A stretch of 64,000 bases of DNA from NCBI GenBank assembly GCA_050084985.1, contig JBITNC010000001.1, forward strand, positions 5,766,001-5,830,000. Direction: 5' to 3'. The notes beneath the pieces are model-generated. The model did no database searches. It was not told the origin of the DNA and saw only the letters and a program-made list of their open reading frames with translations. The number at the start of each line of letters is the position of its first letter. The stretch's first letter is position 1. A program made the position numbers and the translations under genes. Below are positions 37,368 to 51,970 of the stretch, in pieces. Origin of the DNA: Nageia nagi. Its lineage: Eukaryota > Plantae > Pinophyta.

Positions 37368-39950
37368 TAATTGTAGATCATGATGGCAACCATAGATATC
37401 TCATATGAGCTTGAATAAAAAAGGAAGCAAAAAGTGAAGGATGGTAAAAAGCACCATTTTTTTCTAATATATTATCAAAATATTCTTCTCATATAAATAA
37501 CAACTTTTCCTCTCATTTGGAATTTGAATAGGCTACTAATAAGAATACTTCAATTGCTTCAAACATATCAAAAACTATTTAGCACATCCATGGGAACTTG
37601 TTTATCATTACTTAAATTTCTTGTTTATTGGATTTCCTTAGATTTAGAATTAGCTTAAAACCTTCATTTTCATAATTTAGTATTTAGAATTATAAATTTA
37701 TATTTATTGTAAGTGAGAGTGAATTTTCAATAAATATTATCATTTCATATATTTTTCATTTACATATTTTCTATGAAGCCTTCTTTTCTTCTTTCATTTT
37801 TGTTTTAAATTTGTCAAGCCTAGAGACCTTATGCTAGAAGTATTTAAGTATCCTCAAAAGATATATCATTATTAGTTAAGACAATTTATTTTTGAACATG
37901 TGAAGTGAGGTACTTGTTCATTGATACTTAGGCCTCATACAAACTTTGTATATGAACTTGGGCATTCATATACCCTTGATTATATATAATGAATTCCATT
38001 GTTGATCTTTAGCCTTAGGAAGTCATTAGTTGTGTATTATCATAGTATATAGACAAAAAAATTCTTGAAGATCACTCTCCACATACACTTGCTTGGTTCA
38101 ATAGTGTATATGGGTATTAATGATCATAATTCACCCTATATATTATCTTGAAATATTAGATCAACATTACCTAACAACTACCTTGGGTAGAACAAAGAGA
38201 TGTGAGACTTGGACATACCATAGCTTAGATATACCTTGGTGATCATATTTCTTTCATGATTATATCTCTTTGACATCATTTTTAACCTAGTATGCATAGG
38301 ATTTGCTCCTTTATACCTAATAATTGATAATAAGGCTAAATTATATTATCAAAAGTGGTGAAGAGTTTTTTTTAGACCTAAAAAAAAACTAGTCACAAGA
38401 TGGTTTCCAAAATAGAAAATTGCTACCCAACTATACTTGGTGGTAGCTAATAAAATTTGCAAAAAAAATATTAACAAAATAAGTTTAGATACTACCTAGC
38501 TATAACTTATTGCTAGCCCTAATGCAACCTACTTTACAAATTGTATTAATAAAAAATCATCAAATTATAGTCAAAATACATCTGAATCACAGCTGAGATG
38601 CAACCCAACAACCTCTTTATTCTTGGAATATTCTAATCAAGAAATATTTTGTTCAGCCCTAAGGTGGGATTATATTTGTTGATTTGATGTAGAAATGATT
38701 GCTTTCCATTTGTTATATCATGTTCAATGAGTTTCTCTCTAGTCTCTTCTTGGGATGGTCTCCCCATATGTCTTTGTCCAACATTTTCTATTTTTCTATA
38801 GTTTAGTATATTTCTTGATGGGATTCCATCTTGAACTTCCTCTTGCTATGTTGTTGTTGCTTGACTATCTGCATTCCTCACTTTTTTTATCATCCTCCTT
38901 ATTCTTTCTCCATCTTCCCCTTCCACAACTTCCATATTTGTTGTCTCATCTTTTGAAAAATTTGTATTCTAACTTTTTTCTTATCTATCTATTCCTTTTG
39001 AAATCAAAAACACTGCATAGGGGTTTGCTATGGTTGATTTCTCCCATTAGAATTCTTTTGAAGTTGGTTATTTTTTGACATGATTTGTTTTATCTATGTT
39101 TTGGCTGTATTTTATTGATTTTTTTCTTTTTGCCTTTTGTTTCTACATTGATTTCCACATGTGCTTTTTCTATTTATCTTGAGACTCCTTTTTATTTTTA
39201 TTTTTTTCTCTCCTTTCTTCATCCTTCTCTTCTTTTTTAGGAAATCCTTTGCATAGTGCTCATAATTCTTACAAATTCCATATTGTACTAGCAAGTTTTC
39301 ATATACAATTGGTTGCATCCATTCTCTTCCATCCTCTATTTTTAATTTTATGTTTTTCATCATAGGTTTGGAAATATCTAAATTAACCAAAAATCTGGCA
39401 TTTGTAAACTTGAGTTTTAATCTTGTTGATTGCTCAGTTATGACAAGGGATCTAATTACTTTTGTAATTTTGGCTATTAAACATGGGTGCCAACAAGATG
39501 GGTGAAGTTCAGGTAGTGAGACCCATGTTGGAATGAGGTTGAAATTTTCACTTTCAAGGGAGAAAGTTTTCTCCCATCACTTGATGACTAATCCTTTATT
39601 CCCAAGGAACCATGGGCCTACCTCTATGACTTTTTGTAGGTCTTCATCAAATTGAAACTTAAATGATAGAAAGTCTCTTGGGAGAGAAACTAGGGATACC
39701 CATCCTTTTGTACTCCATATTGCTTTAAGCCAACTTCTAATAATATCTAGAGGGGGTTGTACCTTTACAAAGTGACCAACAAGGGTTGATTTTAGCCCAT
39801 TCCCTTCCTTCTTTGTTATACTTTTCAAAATCAATATACTAACCTCATCATTAGAGAATTTAGGATCTAGTACCATCCCAATTATCTCCTCTACAAATGG
39901 TTTTTCCTACATCAACACACTTTTCCATTCCTTGGGGGGCTTTTGATCAA
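37368..39950 (-). mobile_element. Old decayed LINE: ORF1 (DUF4283, ~39900-38700) and eroded endonuclease region
   Basis: TLVGHF..IIRSWLKAIW..GPWFLGNKGLVIK, PTWVSLPEL, VNLDISKP and WMQPIVYENL. Confidence 0.8.
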
Positions 39951-40074
39951 TCATAATCTTGATTTATTCATCATATTTTAAATTTCATTTGATTGTATTT
40001 TGATAAGATTACAGTTTTGCTAAGTTGCAATTTACTAAAAAATAACTTATCATACTTTTGAAATAATTCACTTG

Positions 40075-40242
40075 CACTTTTGCTACTCTATGCTCACCCT
40101 TCTGTTATGCCACATTCACACTTATGTTACTCCATGCTCATGCTTCGATTACTCCACACTCTTGCTTTTGTTACTCCATGCTCATGCTTCTATTACTCCA
40201 CGCTCATGCTTCTGTTACTCCACACTTATGCTTTTGTTACAA
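40075..40242. repeat. ~21-22-bp minisatellite (TGTTACTCCAYGCTCATGCTTY)
   Basis: About 7 degenerate copies are visible. Confidence 0.85.
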
Positions 40243-40776
40243 TATTTTACACCTAATAATATCTTCATATCCTATTAATATTAAAAGTAGTACAAGGTCA
40301 GCAAGAAGAAGAAGTTAACTATATGGAATAAATACTAAAAATTATACATGATAAGGATTAAGACTTTAACATACAAGAATAAACATGGATAAAGATAGTT
40401 TTAATTCAGATATGCATGTTTCAAATTATGCACACAATGGAGATAAAAAAAAAATATGCATGATAATGATTGATAGAATAAGCTTGATGAGAAACATCCT
40501 AATAAAATATAAAATTAGTAAAATTAGGAAAAATAAATAGAAAATATCATATCAAGTAATTAAACCTAATAAGATAATGAAAGATCAATTTTGTAAAATA
40601 TTGTACCACTTGAATTACCATTACATGAATTTCCTACTAAAGAAAGAAGATATAAAGTTATGTATTATATATTAGATAATAAGGATTCCTTCCACCATTT
40701 CATCATATAAGTCTAAGTACAATGTGCTATCTTAAATATTTATAAATACTATAGTATGTTAGACTTATATCCACAT

Positions 40777-41902
40777 TGATGAGGCGAGAAATGAGATCGT
40801 TTTTGTTGTAACTCTATGAATGTATTTTATTGCTTGGAACACTACGAGACATTATTATTATGTTTTAGCTTATATGACTATTATATTTATAAGTAAATAC
40901 ATATTTGTTTTATCTCCATTTATAAGATGTTGGTAATGATTATTATTATATTTGAATGTTGAATGTTCATATTTTGCATCAAGTAATAATAATATGGTTT
41001 AAGTAAGAAACAACTTTAGAAATAGTTCTAGATGGACAAACTTCAGAGACAACTTCAGAATGTTCAAGCTCCATAATTATCTAAAAGGACCAAATTCAAA
41101 ATATATTTCAAAGGGATCACTTCATAATCATTTTAATAGGAAGCTTCATAGACATAACACATTCGCATAAAGTGTTTTGTTTCCTAGATGTCATTTTCTA
41201 TAAATACTCCATAACTCTAATAGAAGATTGTAACAAATTTTAAGATGCTAATCTAAAAGGATAATTATCAAACCTAAATAAGGGTATAATAAAGGATACA
41301 CAAACAAAAATCTGAGGTTGACTAAGTCTAAAGATTTGTTAGCAAGCTGGATATTTACTTGATCTTTTCTTTATACATATCTAAGCGATTCATAGTCTAA
41401 ATTAGGATTTTGTTTCAAATAAACCTATGAGTCATAGGGAATGTAATCAATTAGCATTAAATATTTTATTAAGTTTTTAGAATAAATTTACCTTATTCTT
41501 TCATAAGAAGATTAGCAAGGAACCATTATGAATTGTAAACTCGGTAGTTTTATTTGAAGATTATATATTTTCCAGTTTTTGAAGAAGTTAATACAAATAT
41601 CATTCATTCTACATTTTTAAAGTTTTATCTATGAGCTCTGTTGGAAGGAGGAGGACCCACTCTAAACAACTATAGTCTCTAATATTTATTATTGTAATTC
41701 AACATTTTATATTATGTACTACAACATTTATTTTAATATGAGTGTGAGTATGTGTGATTTATTTGAAAGAGTTTAGCTTATTTTTGGTATAAGTTATTAT
41801 TTTTATTAGATCCATAATATTTAGAATAGAGTATCAATTGCATATAACCTTAGGAAACCAACCCATGATATGATAAAGTAAATGATGAATTAACACACAT
41901 CA
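40777..41902 (+). repeat. Athila-like 5' LTR (1126 bp)
   Basis: Aligns with 63445-64000 from TGATGAGGC onward and is followed by the PBS at 41903-41924. Confidence 0.88.
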
Positions 41903-43957
41903 TTTTTGCCATCATTGCCAAGGATTATAGTTCTCTCTTATGTGTAGTGAAAAGTAACCACCTTTTATAGAAGTGGAGCACCAGCTCATTTGAGCTAACT
42001 GGTCCCTAATTGTTGGACAAAAAAAGGCTCATTATACATTGAAAAATAAATGGTGTTGGTTGAAACTATTTTTTAGGAAATTTCATGATAGTATTGTTGT
42101 TAGTATCACATAAGAAATTATGTATAGCCATGTTTCCTCAATTCTAGGGTAATAGAGATTTAATGAAAGTGATCATATCTGAGTATTATGAATTCTATTG
42201 AAATAATACTACATGGATAAGTAGATCTATTAATAAATCTCTATTTTATAATAGACTGAGTGATCTAGAACAATTGACTATCTTGCATTTTGAGAAGAAC
42301 TATTTTAAAAAGTGAGTAGTTGTTTAAGTTTTGTATTTATTCAGAATGGATGAATAGGCTTAGAGATGAAAGGGGGAGATTTATTAGTAGAGGTAGAATA
42401 ATAAAAGTAGAGGTAAAGGTAGATCATAATCAAAATTACCCAAGAAAAGTACCCCTAATCTAGGATCAAGTTCAAGCTCTCATCAAGCTAGTGTTAAAAA
42501 AGAAATTATTGTTGAACAAGTTACAACAACATTTGATGCTACAAAATTGGAAGAATGATTTGCTAAGAATGTTTTTAATTTAGATTTTTCTAAGGAAGTT
42601 GGATAAGACATAAAGAGTGATAGTAGTTCTAGAACTCTAGAAGAGCATCCTTTGGAAATAATTCCTACAAAATTGACTATCAAGAAGGTAGTAAGGTTTA
42701 CACAAATCATTTCACCTTTGCCTGGGCATTTTTCTTCAAGTGATACTAATTCTGAAGTAGAAAGAAAATAACTAAAATATCATTCCATATTTTCTACAAT
42801 TGAGGACCCTTCAAATTTGAAAAATACCTTCATTAACCCTTTGATAATAATGTCAGGAGGTAGTGCAATTGGAAGTGGACCTTTAGGTGGAGCTAGACCA
42901 ACTAATAGAACCTCCACTTATCCAATTGTAATCAACTAGAATACTGTAGGTCATGATCAACCAATGAATAATATCTCACCATATATTTTTCCTAACTTCA
43001 AGGGTCTTCCTAGTGAAGATCTAGATCAATTTCTGTTTGAGTTCAAGGTACTTTGTAGAACCTATGATTATGAATCTAATGCATAGAAATTGAAGTTTTT
43101 TCCATCAAATCTAAAGGATAATGCAATGAGATGGTTCATGGGATTAGTTATTTATTCCATTTCTAATTGGGTAGACATTAAAAAGGTATTTTTGGATAAG
43201 TATCAAAAGTATTGTAGAGTGAAGGATCAAAAAGATGAATTATTCAGAATCAAACAAGGTGGAAGAAAATTTGGAAGACTATTTGGATAGATTTTTGTTT
43301 ATCCATAAAAGGGTCGGTACTCTTATTGACCAAAAATTTGAAAAGACTATATTTTTGAGGGGATTGATAGACTCTTCATTAGATGTATTAATATAATGGG
43401 AAAAGAAAATATAAGTATCTTCACTATGGATGACATAGTGGAACTATGCAGAAACTATTCTAGAACAAAGACTTCTACTCGAAAAATCAAACCTCATAAA
43501 CATTATGATAATGTTGTTAGTGAATTAATTGATGAACTAGAAAATTTTAAGATAAATATTCTTGTTGAACTAAGTCTATTAAATAGAATAACAAATAAGT
43601 CAAACAAGGTAAGGGAATCTTAGGAATCTCTAGCAGTATATAGTCCAAGATGTAGAAAGAAACATGCACTATAGGAGTTTCCTCTTAATAAGATTAACAT
43701 ATGCATTTTTTGTAATGAGAGGCATACAACTAATTAATATGATTATTTGACTATAGCTTAGATGTCTGTAGCAAATGTGATAACATCTAAAAATGCTATT
43801 AGTCCGAGAATGAATGTTGAATTTCAGAACATACCTATTATGAAACCATGGTGGAACATTTCATTTCTACAACCTTTGGTTCAATAATCTCCACCATGGA
43901 TGCCACCTAATTTAGATTGGTTACAATATGCTTAAAATCAATAATGGGGAGGACCAT

Positions 43958-46900
43958 TGATCCAAAATGGATTTCGAAGTCTTAAAAAAGGTGATTTTTC
44001 AAGTTTATAATTTTGTTAATTATTCTCTTCCATATTAAAGAGCTCTCTTCCATGATTCTAATGATTCAAATGAAAAATAAAATAAAGCTATGGTTTGTAA
44101 GCTATGGCTTTTCAAAATTTGAAGTTAAATATAAAAAATGCAAAATATGCATGGAAGGCTCTATTGATGAACTCATAGGATCAAATCATGTTGATTCATA
44201 GCTTAAAATATGAATCATTGGTACCTCATGTTATGGTGAACATGTGGTTAAAATTTAAAGGCATTTGGATTAAATAATTGAAAGTTATGGCACTCACAAA
44301 ATAGTAAATTATCATTCTACGTTCATGATAGTCAAAATTTTGACAGCTACTAGGTTCAAATCTGCATTGGAGGCTAACTTGATGATGATTATTGGAGCTA
44401 CCAATAAGGATATAAAGTGTGAAATTTGGACCAATTAATATAATTATATCCAAGAACACTTGGATCAAATTTCTTGACATTTGGAATTATGGTCATGAAG
44501 TTGTGGTCATGACAAAATGGCACCAGAAGTAGTTTTAACAATTTTGCAAAATCCAAAAGGATAGGAGAATATAACCATATGAGGCCACAACAATGCTATA
44601 GAAATACAAATGAGGAGATTATTATTGTGGGTATGAGCGAGCATATTGTAAAGGAGGAAAAATAACAAATATTATCTTATCACCATATAACCATAAACTA
44701 CAAATTTGAAATCCCTTAATGTTATAAAAGGGAACATGAAGTTTGCAAAAAGTTAATTCTTTAGTGTGGATTTCCTTCCAAGGGGAGTGAGTTAGTGTAG
44801 GTTTGAAAAGAATGTAGAAGACTCTATTTTATTGTAAACTCCATGGAAAATAACAAATCCATGAGAGTAATATTGGAGGTGCATTTCAAGCTTGCATAGA
44901 AGAAGAAAAAGAACATGGACAAGATTATTGCCATGATGGAAAGAAAAAAAAGATAAAGAGAAGTTCTAGAGATGTCATCCTAGGAAAAGAGACATGGAAC
45001 TATGCTCAAATACTTTCGTAGGAAAGATAGTCGTATTCAAGAAAGAGATTCAATGGAGAGCCTACAGTGATCATGTGATTCAGCTTTGACAAACAAAAGA
45101 GTGAAGCAAAAAGGATCATAAAATTAACATTGTAAAATGGACTCTATAATAATGGATTGCTATTTGCTAGATGTAGACCACATAGGTCGAACCAGGGTAA
45201 CTATGTGTGTACATTATTTTGTGTGTTTTTGATTTGGTGTGCATTTTTATTTCCATAAGCACTAAAATGAACAAAATGTGAAGATCCAAATTAAATCCTG
45301 AAGTAGGGTTTATAGATCAAGTTGGTATCAAAGCAGTTCTTTTATTGAAAGTTGATTGAGCTTGTTAGAAAAAAAAGAATGAGTGATTTATTTTTAAAGT
45401 TTAGTGTTGTGCCTACTTCAAAGTTAAGAGAACCTAATCTAATGGATTGGATTCATGGTTTGAAAGAATGTGAGGTTGAGGTAAATTTTCATTTTCAAAG
45501 TTAGCAATTTTCATTAGCATTAGATCAAATATTTCCATCATAAAATTATTTCAACATGAATTCTGGTGGGAAGATAAGGGCCCATCTTCTTGACAGTTAT
45601 GATAACTGAGGAAGTTATGTTGAAAGTGAATATTCTTATTCTCTTGATTCATTGAGAATACAAAGTGATGTACCTAAAAATGCCAAGCGAATTCAAATTG
45701 AGGAGCAAATTAAAGAAGGTGATTCCAAGAAGGTGTAAATCTATATTTGTGTGAGGATTATTTTTCTCATTATTTTGATCAAAAGCCCCTAAAATGGGAT
45801 GAGTGATCCAAAATGGATTTTGAAGTCTTAAAAAAAGGTGATTTTTCAAATTTATAATTTTGTTAATTATTCTTTTCCATATTAAAGAGCTCTCTTTCAT
45901 GATTCTAATGCTTCAAATGATGAATAAAGTAGAGCTATGGTTTGTAAGTTATGGCTTTTCAAAATTTGAAGTTAAATATAAAAGATGCAAAATATGCATG
46001 GAAGGCTCTATTAACGAACTCACCATGAGTAGCTCATGTTGATTCATAGCTTGAAATATAAATCATTGGTACCCCATATAATGGTGAACATGTGGTTAAA
46101 ATTTAAAAGCATTTGGATTAAATAATTGAAAGTTATGTTATGGCACTCACAAAATAGTAAATTATCATTCTCCATTCATGACTTGGTCCAAATTTTGATA
46201 GTTGCCAGGTGCAAATCTATGTTGGAGGTTAACTTGATGATGATGCATGGAGCTAGCAATAAGGATATAAAGTGTGAAGTTTGGACCAATTAATATACTT
46301 ATATCCAAGAACACCTAGATCAAATTTCGTGACATTTGGAATTATGGTCATGACAAAATGGCACCAGAAGTAATTTTAATAGTTTTGCAGAATCCAAAAA
46401 GTTAGGAGAATATAACCATATGAGGCAAAAATAATACTACAAAAATACAAATGAGGGAGATTATTATTATGAGTATGAGAGAGCATATTGTAAAAGAGGA
46501 AAAATAACAAATATTATCTTATCACCATGTAGCCATAAACTCCAAATTTGTAATACCTTAATGTTATAAAAGGGAACATGGAGTATGAAAAAAGTTAAGT
46601 CCTTTAGTGTGGATTTCCTTCCAAGGGGAGTGAGTTAGTGTAGGTTTGAAAAGAATGTAGAAGAGTCTATTTTATTTTAAACTCCATGGAAAATAACAAA
46701 ACCATGAGAGTAATATTGGAGGTGCATTTCAAGCTTGCATAGAAGAAGAAAAAGAACATGGACAAGATTATTGCCATGATGGAAAGAAAAAAAGATAAAG
46801 AGTAGTTCTAAAGATGTCATCCCAGGAAAAGAGATGTAGAACTATGATCAAAGAATTTTTTTGAAAAACGAGTCATCTTCAAGAAAGAGATTCATTGGAG

Positions 46901-47160
46901 AGCCTATAGTGATCATGTGATTTGGCTTTGATAAATAAAATAGTGAAGTAAGAAGGATCATAAAATTGACATTGTAAAATGGACTCTATAATAATGGATT
47001 ATTATTTGCTGGATGCAGACCACATTGATCAAACTAGGGTAACTATGTGTGTACATCAGTTTGTGTATTTTTGATTTGGTGTGCTTTTTATTTTTACGAA
47101 CACTAAAATGAATAAAGTGTGAAGATCCAAATTAAATCTTGAAGTAGGATTTACAGATCA
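43958..47160 (+). mobile_element. Non-autonomous LTR element with ~1.36-kb LTRs (43958-45319, 45804-47160) and a 484-bp internal domain
   Basis: TSD ACCAT (43953-43957, 47161-47165), TGATC...GATCA termini, PBS TGGTATCAAAGC (45323-45334) and a purine-rich tract before LTR2. Confidence 0.93.
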
Positions 47161-48188
47161 ACCATAGTGGAATAACATACAACAATATAATTGGAATAAT
47201 CAAAAGTCTAATTATCCTAATAAATAGAGAATATTTAATTAGAATACCCAACAACAAGCTCTATTACCAGGAATAATTCAATAACCACGATACCAAAATC
47301 AACAAGTACCTAGACAACTAGCTCTTCTTGGTCATTTGATTCAAAATCCAAATAATAATAGATAAATTGTTGCACTTACCTATCAAATGGATCAAGAAGA
47401 TACAATATTAATTAGTTCTATTAAGTGCCATGACATTTAGTTAATATCTAGTAAGAAGATGAAAGAACCATCTCCACCTATCATTGTTGAAGTTCTAAAT
47501 GATGATTATGAAGAATCATTACCATTTGATCAACAAAATAAGAAAGAGAGTGGTTAGAATAATGAAAAGAATTAGGTAGAGAAACTAAATTAGGCACTTC
47601 CATATCTTGAGAGACTACAAGAGAAGTTTCAAAAAGAGAGTCAAATTTGCTCAAGGAATTGAGAAGATTGAATATTTTAGTCCCAATACTACAAGCAATC
47701 AAGGAAGTTCTTGAATTAAATAAGATGGCTAAAGAACTTTGTATTAGAAAAAGAGGAAGGAGAAATAGAATATATTCCAAAACTATTCAGGTAGATGGCA
47801 AATTAGCAGACCTACTTACAAGAAAGCTAATTAACCCTAAGTATGGTGATCTAAGAAGTATGGTAATCATAGTTTTAATTAGAGACACCATGATACAAAA
47901 TGTTTTAATTGACTTAGGGTAGCCATAAATGTAATGATAGTAGAGATAGTAAAAAAATTGAAATTATTTGATATGTATCCAAAAATAACTAATAGTAAAA
48001 AAATTGAAATTATTTGATATGTATCCAAAAATAACTATCTTACAAATGGAATATTAGTTAATAGCCAAACCTGAAGGTATTATTGAGGATGTACAAGTCA
48101 CTATGGATTCATGGAATTCTTCAATAGATTTTTTAGTCTTAAAAGTAAAGGCACATAGTGGATATCTAGTAATCTCGGGAAGACCTTG

Positions 48189-51100
48189 TGTAACAACCCT
48201 ATTTAAATATAAACACATAATACCATCCATCCCATACACTCAAGAGGTGAGCACAAAATGTTTTCCCTCTAAGTAAATAAAACAAGTAATTGAATTTAAT
48301 CAATTCTAAATGTGTTTGGAAGTTGCTTGAAAATGCTACGAATTTTAATTCACAATATGACTAGTATTGTTCCAAGCTACATCATGCATGAGGTCTAGAC
48401 TCTTCACTAACTATATACCATTTTCCATTATTTAACTTAACTCATTAAATAACTTCACATGACTTGCCCTTGTTTGTTTTCTTGAACATAATGACTTCCA
48501 AATGGTACCATATACCTACCTGTATTTCCTACTATCATCATATCAAGGAAATTTAATACTCCAAGGTCCATTCAAGCTTGGGTATTTCTAATTTATCTTA
48601 GCCTAACTCGCTTGAAGATAAATCTACATCCCTTAAATTAATAATCATGCTTTACTTAGAGCTTTGCTTAAGTCTACAGTTAGGTTTAAGTATCCACACA
48701 ATAAAACCCACTATGAATTAAGAGTAAATCATTCCCTTATAAGAGATATTATATTATCTTTATTCCCACATATAAGCAAGGGAGTTAGGTCCTAGAAACA
48801 TAGTACTTTGCATAAAATATGAGATTTTCAAACCAATCATTATCATTATCCATAAAGTATCAAGTAATACTAAACATCATCACATTTAAGTAAGTATCAT
48901 CATATAATGTGAACTTTTCAAATCAAGTAAGCATTATAAAGTACAAAGCAATATCACATTCAAGTAAGGTAATTCATTTGCTAAACTACTCTTTAATAAA
49001 AGAATAGCACTTAGTTTTTCAAAGACTAATCTTTCTTAAATCCAAATATATCAACTTTGTACAATAATACAATCATTCTAAAAAGGAAGTAATAATTCTT
49101 TTCAAAGTCTCTTCATAAGGATAACAATGGCCTTGCTATTTATTTATCAAATCAAATAGCAGGTACAATACATTCAAAACCTATAGAAGGAATTTATCAA
49201 ACTCCTTTCCCATACTAAGATCAAAGCTTTGCTGCTTTATGATGGACGATAGCTCAAGAATGGTTGGATCAAATATAGTCTTGGGTTTCCTCTAAAATGC
49301 AACTACATGCTTTGCCATTTTAAGGAAATGTTCCAACAACTCTAAGAACTCTAAAATGTCAACTCACATTTTAAAACAAGCAAACAACTTTATTTCAAAA
49401 CATCAATTCCCATTTTAAAATAAATCAACATCTAATAATCACAACTCTATTTTAAAATACTACCCTATTTTAAAATAATTAAACAAACCCTATTTTAGAA
49501 TACAGCATCCTAAAATAATTTCAACATTATTTTAAAATGCTTCCCTATTTTAAAATAACTAAATAAACTCTATTTTAGAATATAATACACTATCCTAAAA
49601 TAATTACAATATTATTTTAAAATACATCCTTATTTTAAAATAAATAAACAAACTCTATTTTAGAATAAAATACAATATCCTAAAATACTTACAACATTAA
49701 TTTAAAATGCATCCCTATTTTAAAATAAATAAACAAAGTCTATTTTAGAATGAAATACAATATCCTAAAATACTTAGGATATTATTTTAAAATACATCCC
49801 TATTTTAAAATAAATAAGCAAACTTTATTTTAGAATATAATACAATATCCTAAAATAATAACAACATTATTTTAAAATACATCCCTATTTTAAAATAAAT
49901 AAACTCTATTTTAGATTATAATACCATATCCTAAAATAATTATAATTATATTTTAAAAATAATACCACACTTATTTTAAAATATTTAAGAATACATCATT
50001 CTCTATTTTAAAATAATACCACCCTATTTAAAATAAAGAAACACCTTATACATTCAAATATCATTTTTGATAGTAACACATTTATTTCGTTTCAACACCA
50101 TCCCAAAACCCTTTCACCTAGATCCAAATTAAAATAAAAAATACTAATATACTCTCTAATTTGTAAAATAACATAGTAAAAGAACAAATAATTAAAGAAA
50201 ACCCCTAAATTAACCCATTTATGCACACACTTCGAAAAGGGGGAGAAAGCAAAGTCAAAGTGAGGTTTAAATGGGCATGTACAGTCCCCAAGGAGCTAAC
50301 ACATCCCATATAGAGCTTCCATTGTAAAAAGGTAAGGGGGACGAGAGATGTGGGACTTGGAATCCTCACATCATCCCTGGCTCTACAAGGTGGTGTATGG
50401 TGGTGCATGGGAGTTCCTAGTCCCATGTTACCCCAAAGGAAGCAAACGGAGTGGGGACTAGGCCCATGTTGGTTTTTGGGAGCTCCCAATAGACAACATA
50501 ATGCCTTAGGCTCTAAGCCAGGCCCATGTGGCTTTGGGAAGCCCCTTTTGCCAATGTGAGGCCAAAAGGCTCCACTAAATTCCCTTAATTGGGATTTTTG
50601 ATTTGTGTGGTCTTCTAAGCCACAAGGTACAATTCCCATTAATGGGGGCTTTTTAAAACTTTAAAAACATACTTTAAATTATAAAACCTCCTTTCAATCC
50701 TATACACAAATTTCAAAACCACTATATTTTTAAATGGAACAATCTAGTATGAGAATAAACTAAATCCTCAACCAATCAAAATTTAGTAATACTAGGAGGT
50801 AATAATGACTTGTAGGTAAATAAAACTAAGTACTATTACTGAAACTCAATCCCATAATTATCGAAGGACTTGGCTCCAAAATTATAGAACTTTGCTACTC
50901 CAAAATTAATGAAAATAAGAATGATCCAAAATCTCTACCCTAGGGCTCTATTTATAGTTTTCAAATAGGGCTAGAATTAGAAATTAATAGGGAGTGACAA
51001 CACCACTTAAACTCAAGTGAGTGGGATTTAATTCCTAAGTAGAAATATCTTCCCACTTAGTCATAAATAAAAACCCTAGTGGACTGAGTTCTATTAGCAC

Positions 51101-51970
51101 ACCATAACTTAACACTGACACACCTCAACTTATAACTGGCACACCTAACTTGCAACTGGGACATAACAGCTAAAATTGAGACACCTCATGCTAATTAAGT
51201 ATAATAAATATTATTTAATTATGAATATTATTTTAAAGGCTTAGTTAACTCTAGCCTTTATCAATCAACCAATCATAATCTATCTAGCTTAATTTAATTA
51301 TTTTAAGCTAAACAAATAAATAATATTTAAAATTTAGGGATTACTATTTTTAATTATTAATTAACCTTAATTAATAATTAAGAAGTAGAACATACAAATT
51401 CTTACAAAATACTTATTATATATATTTAAATAATTAAGCTTTACCTTTTTCCTACCTAGTTAGTTCCTTTATCTATGTTTACCCTCTAATATTAATTATT
51501 AGGGGTCCTTAGATAATTATACTAACATCCTTGGCAATCCTTTAAGGCATAAAAATTATTTTCAACTGAAATTAAAGAACACAACTAGGCAATCATAGAC
51601 ACATATTAACAATCCTAGGGAGCTTATCTTGCCCATGTTGCTATGTATGTATGCAACCACTTACTCAACTATCCTAATGTCTCGATATTATATGATCATG
51701 AGAATCATTGGTAATCATTCATTTCCAAACCATTCAAGAGCATCCCACCTTTCATTACCCATCACCTGCACATGACAAAACCATTAGCAGTAATAACATG
51801 TACATATAGGTAGGATAAGTAATCATTATCCTTATCTAGGATTTCATAACCTAAACAAATAATAGCATATCAAGCATTTTATTCAATTAGCATATAGTTA
51901 ATGTCTTATTTCACAATAGACCACATCAAAATATACTAAGGGAAATCTAGGGTAGATTTGGGCTATGACA
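48189..51970 (-). mobile_element. Solo LTR of 3782 bp with Tekay/Del-like termini
   Basis: TGTAACAACCC...GGGCTATGACA termini, TSD CCTTG on both sides and a minus-strand TATA at ~50957. Removing it restores the host GRPWLAT frame. Confidence 0.9.
49445..50040. repeat. ~78-bp AT-rich tandem repeats inside the solo LTR
   Basis: Repeated CTATTTTAGAATA..TATCCTAAAATA..TTATTTTAAAATACATCCCTATTTTAAAATAA. Confidence 0.9.

Noticed and set aside
47945-48036. 46-bp perfect tandem duplication in the Athila protease region
   Set aside because: An ordinary post-insertion slippage event in a dead element.
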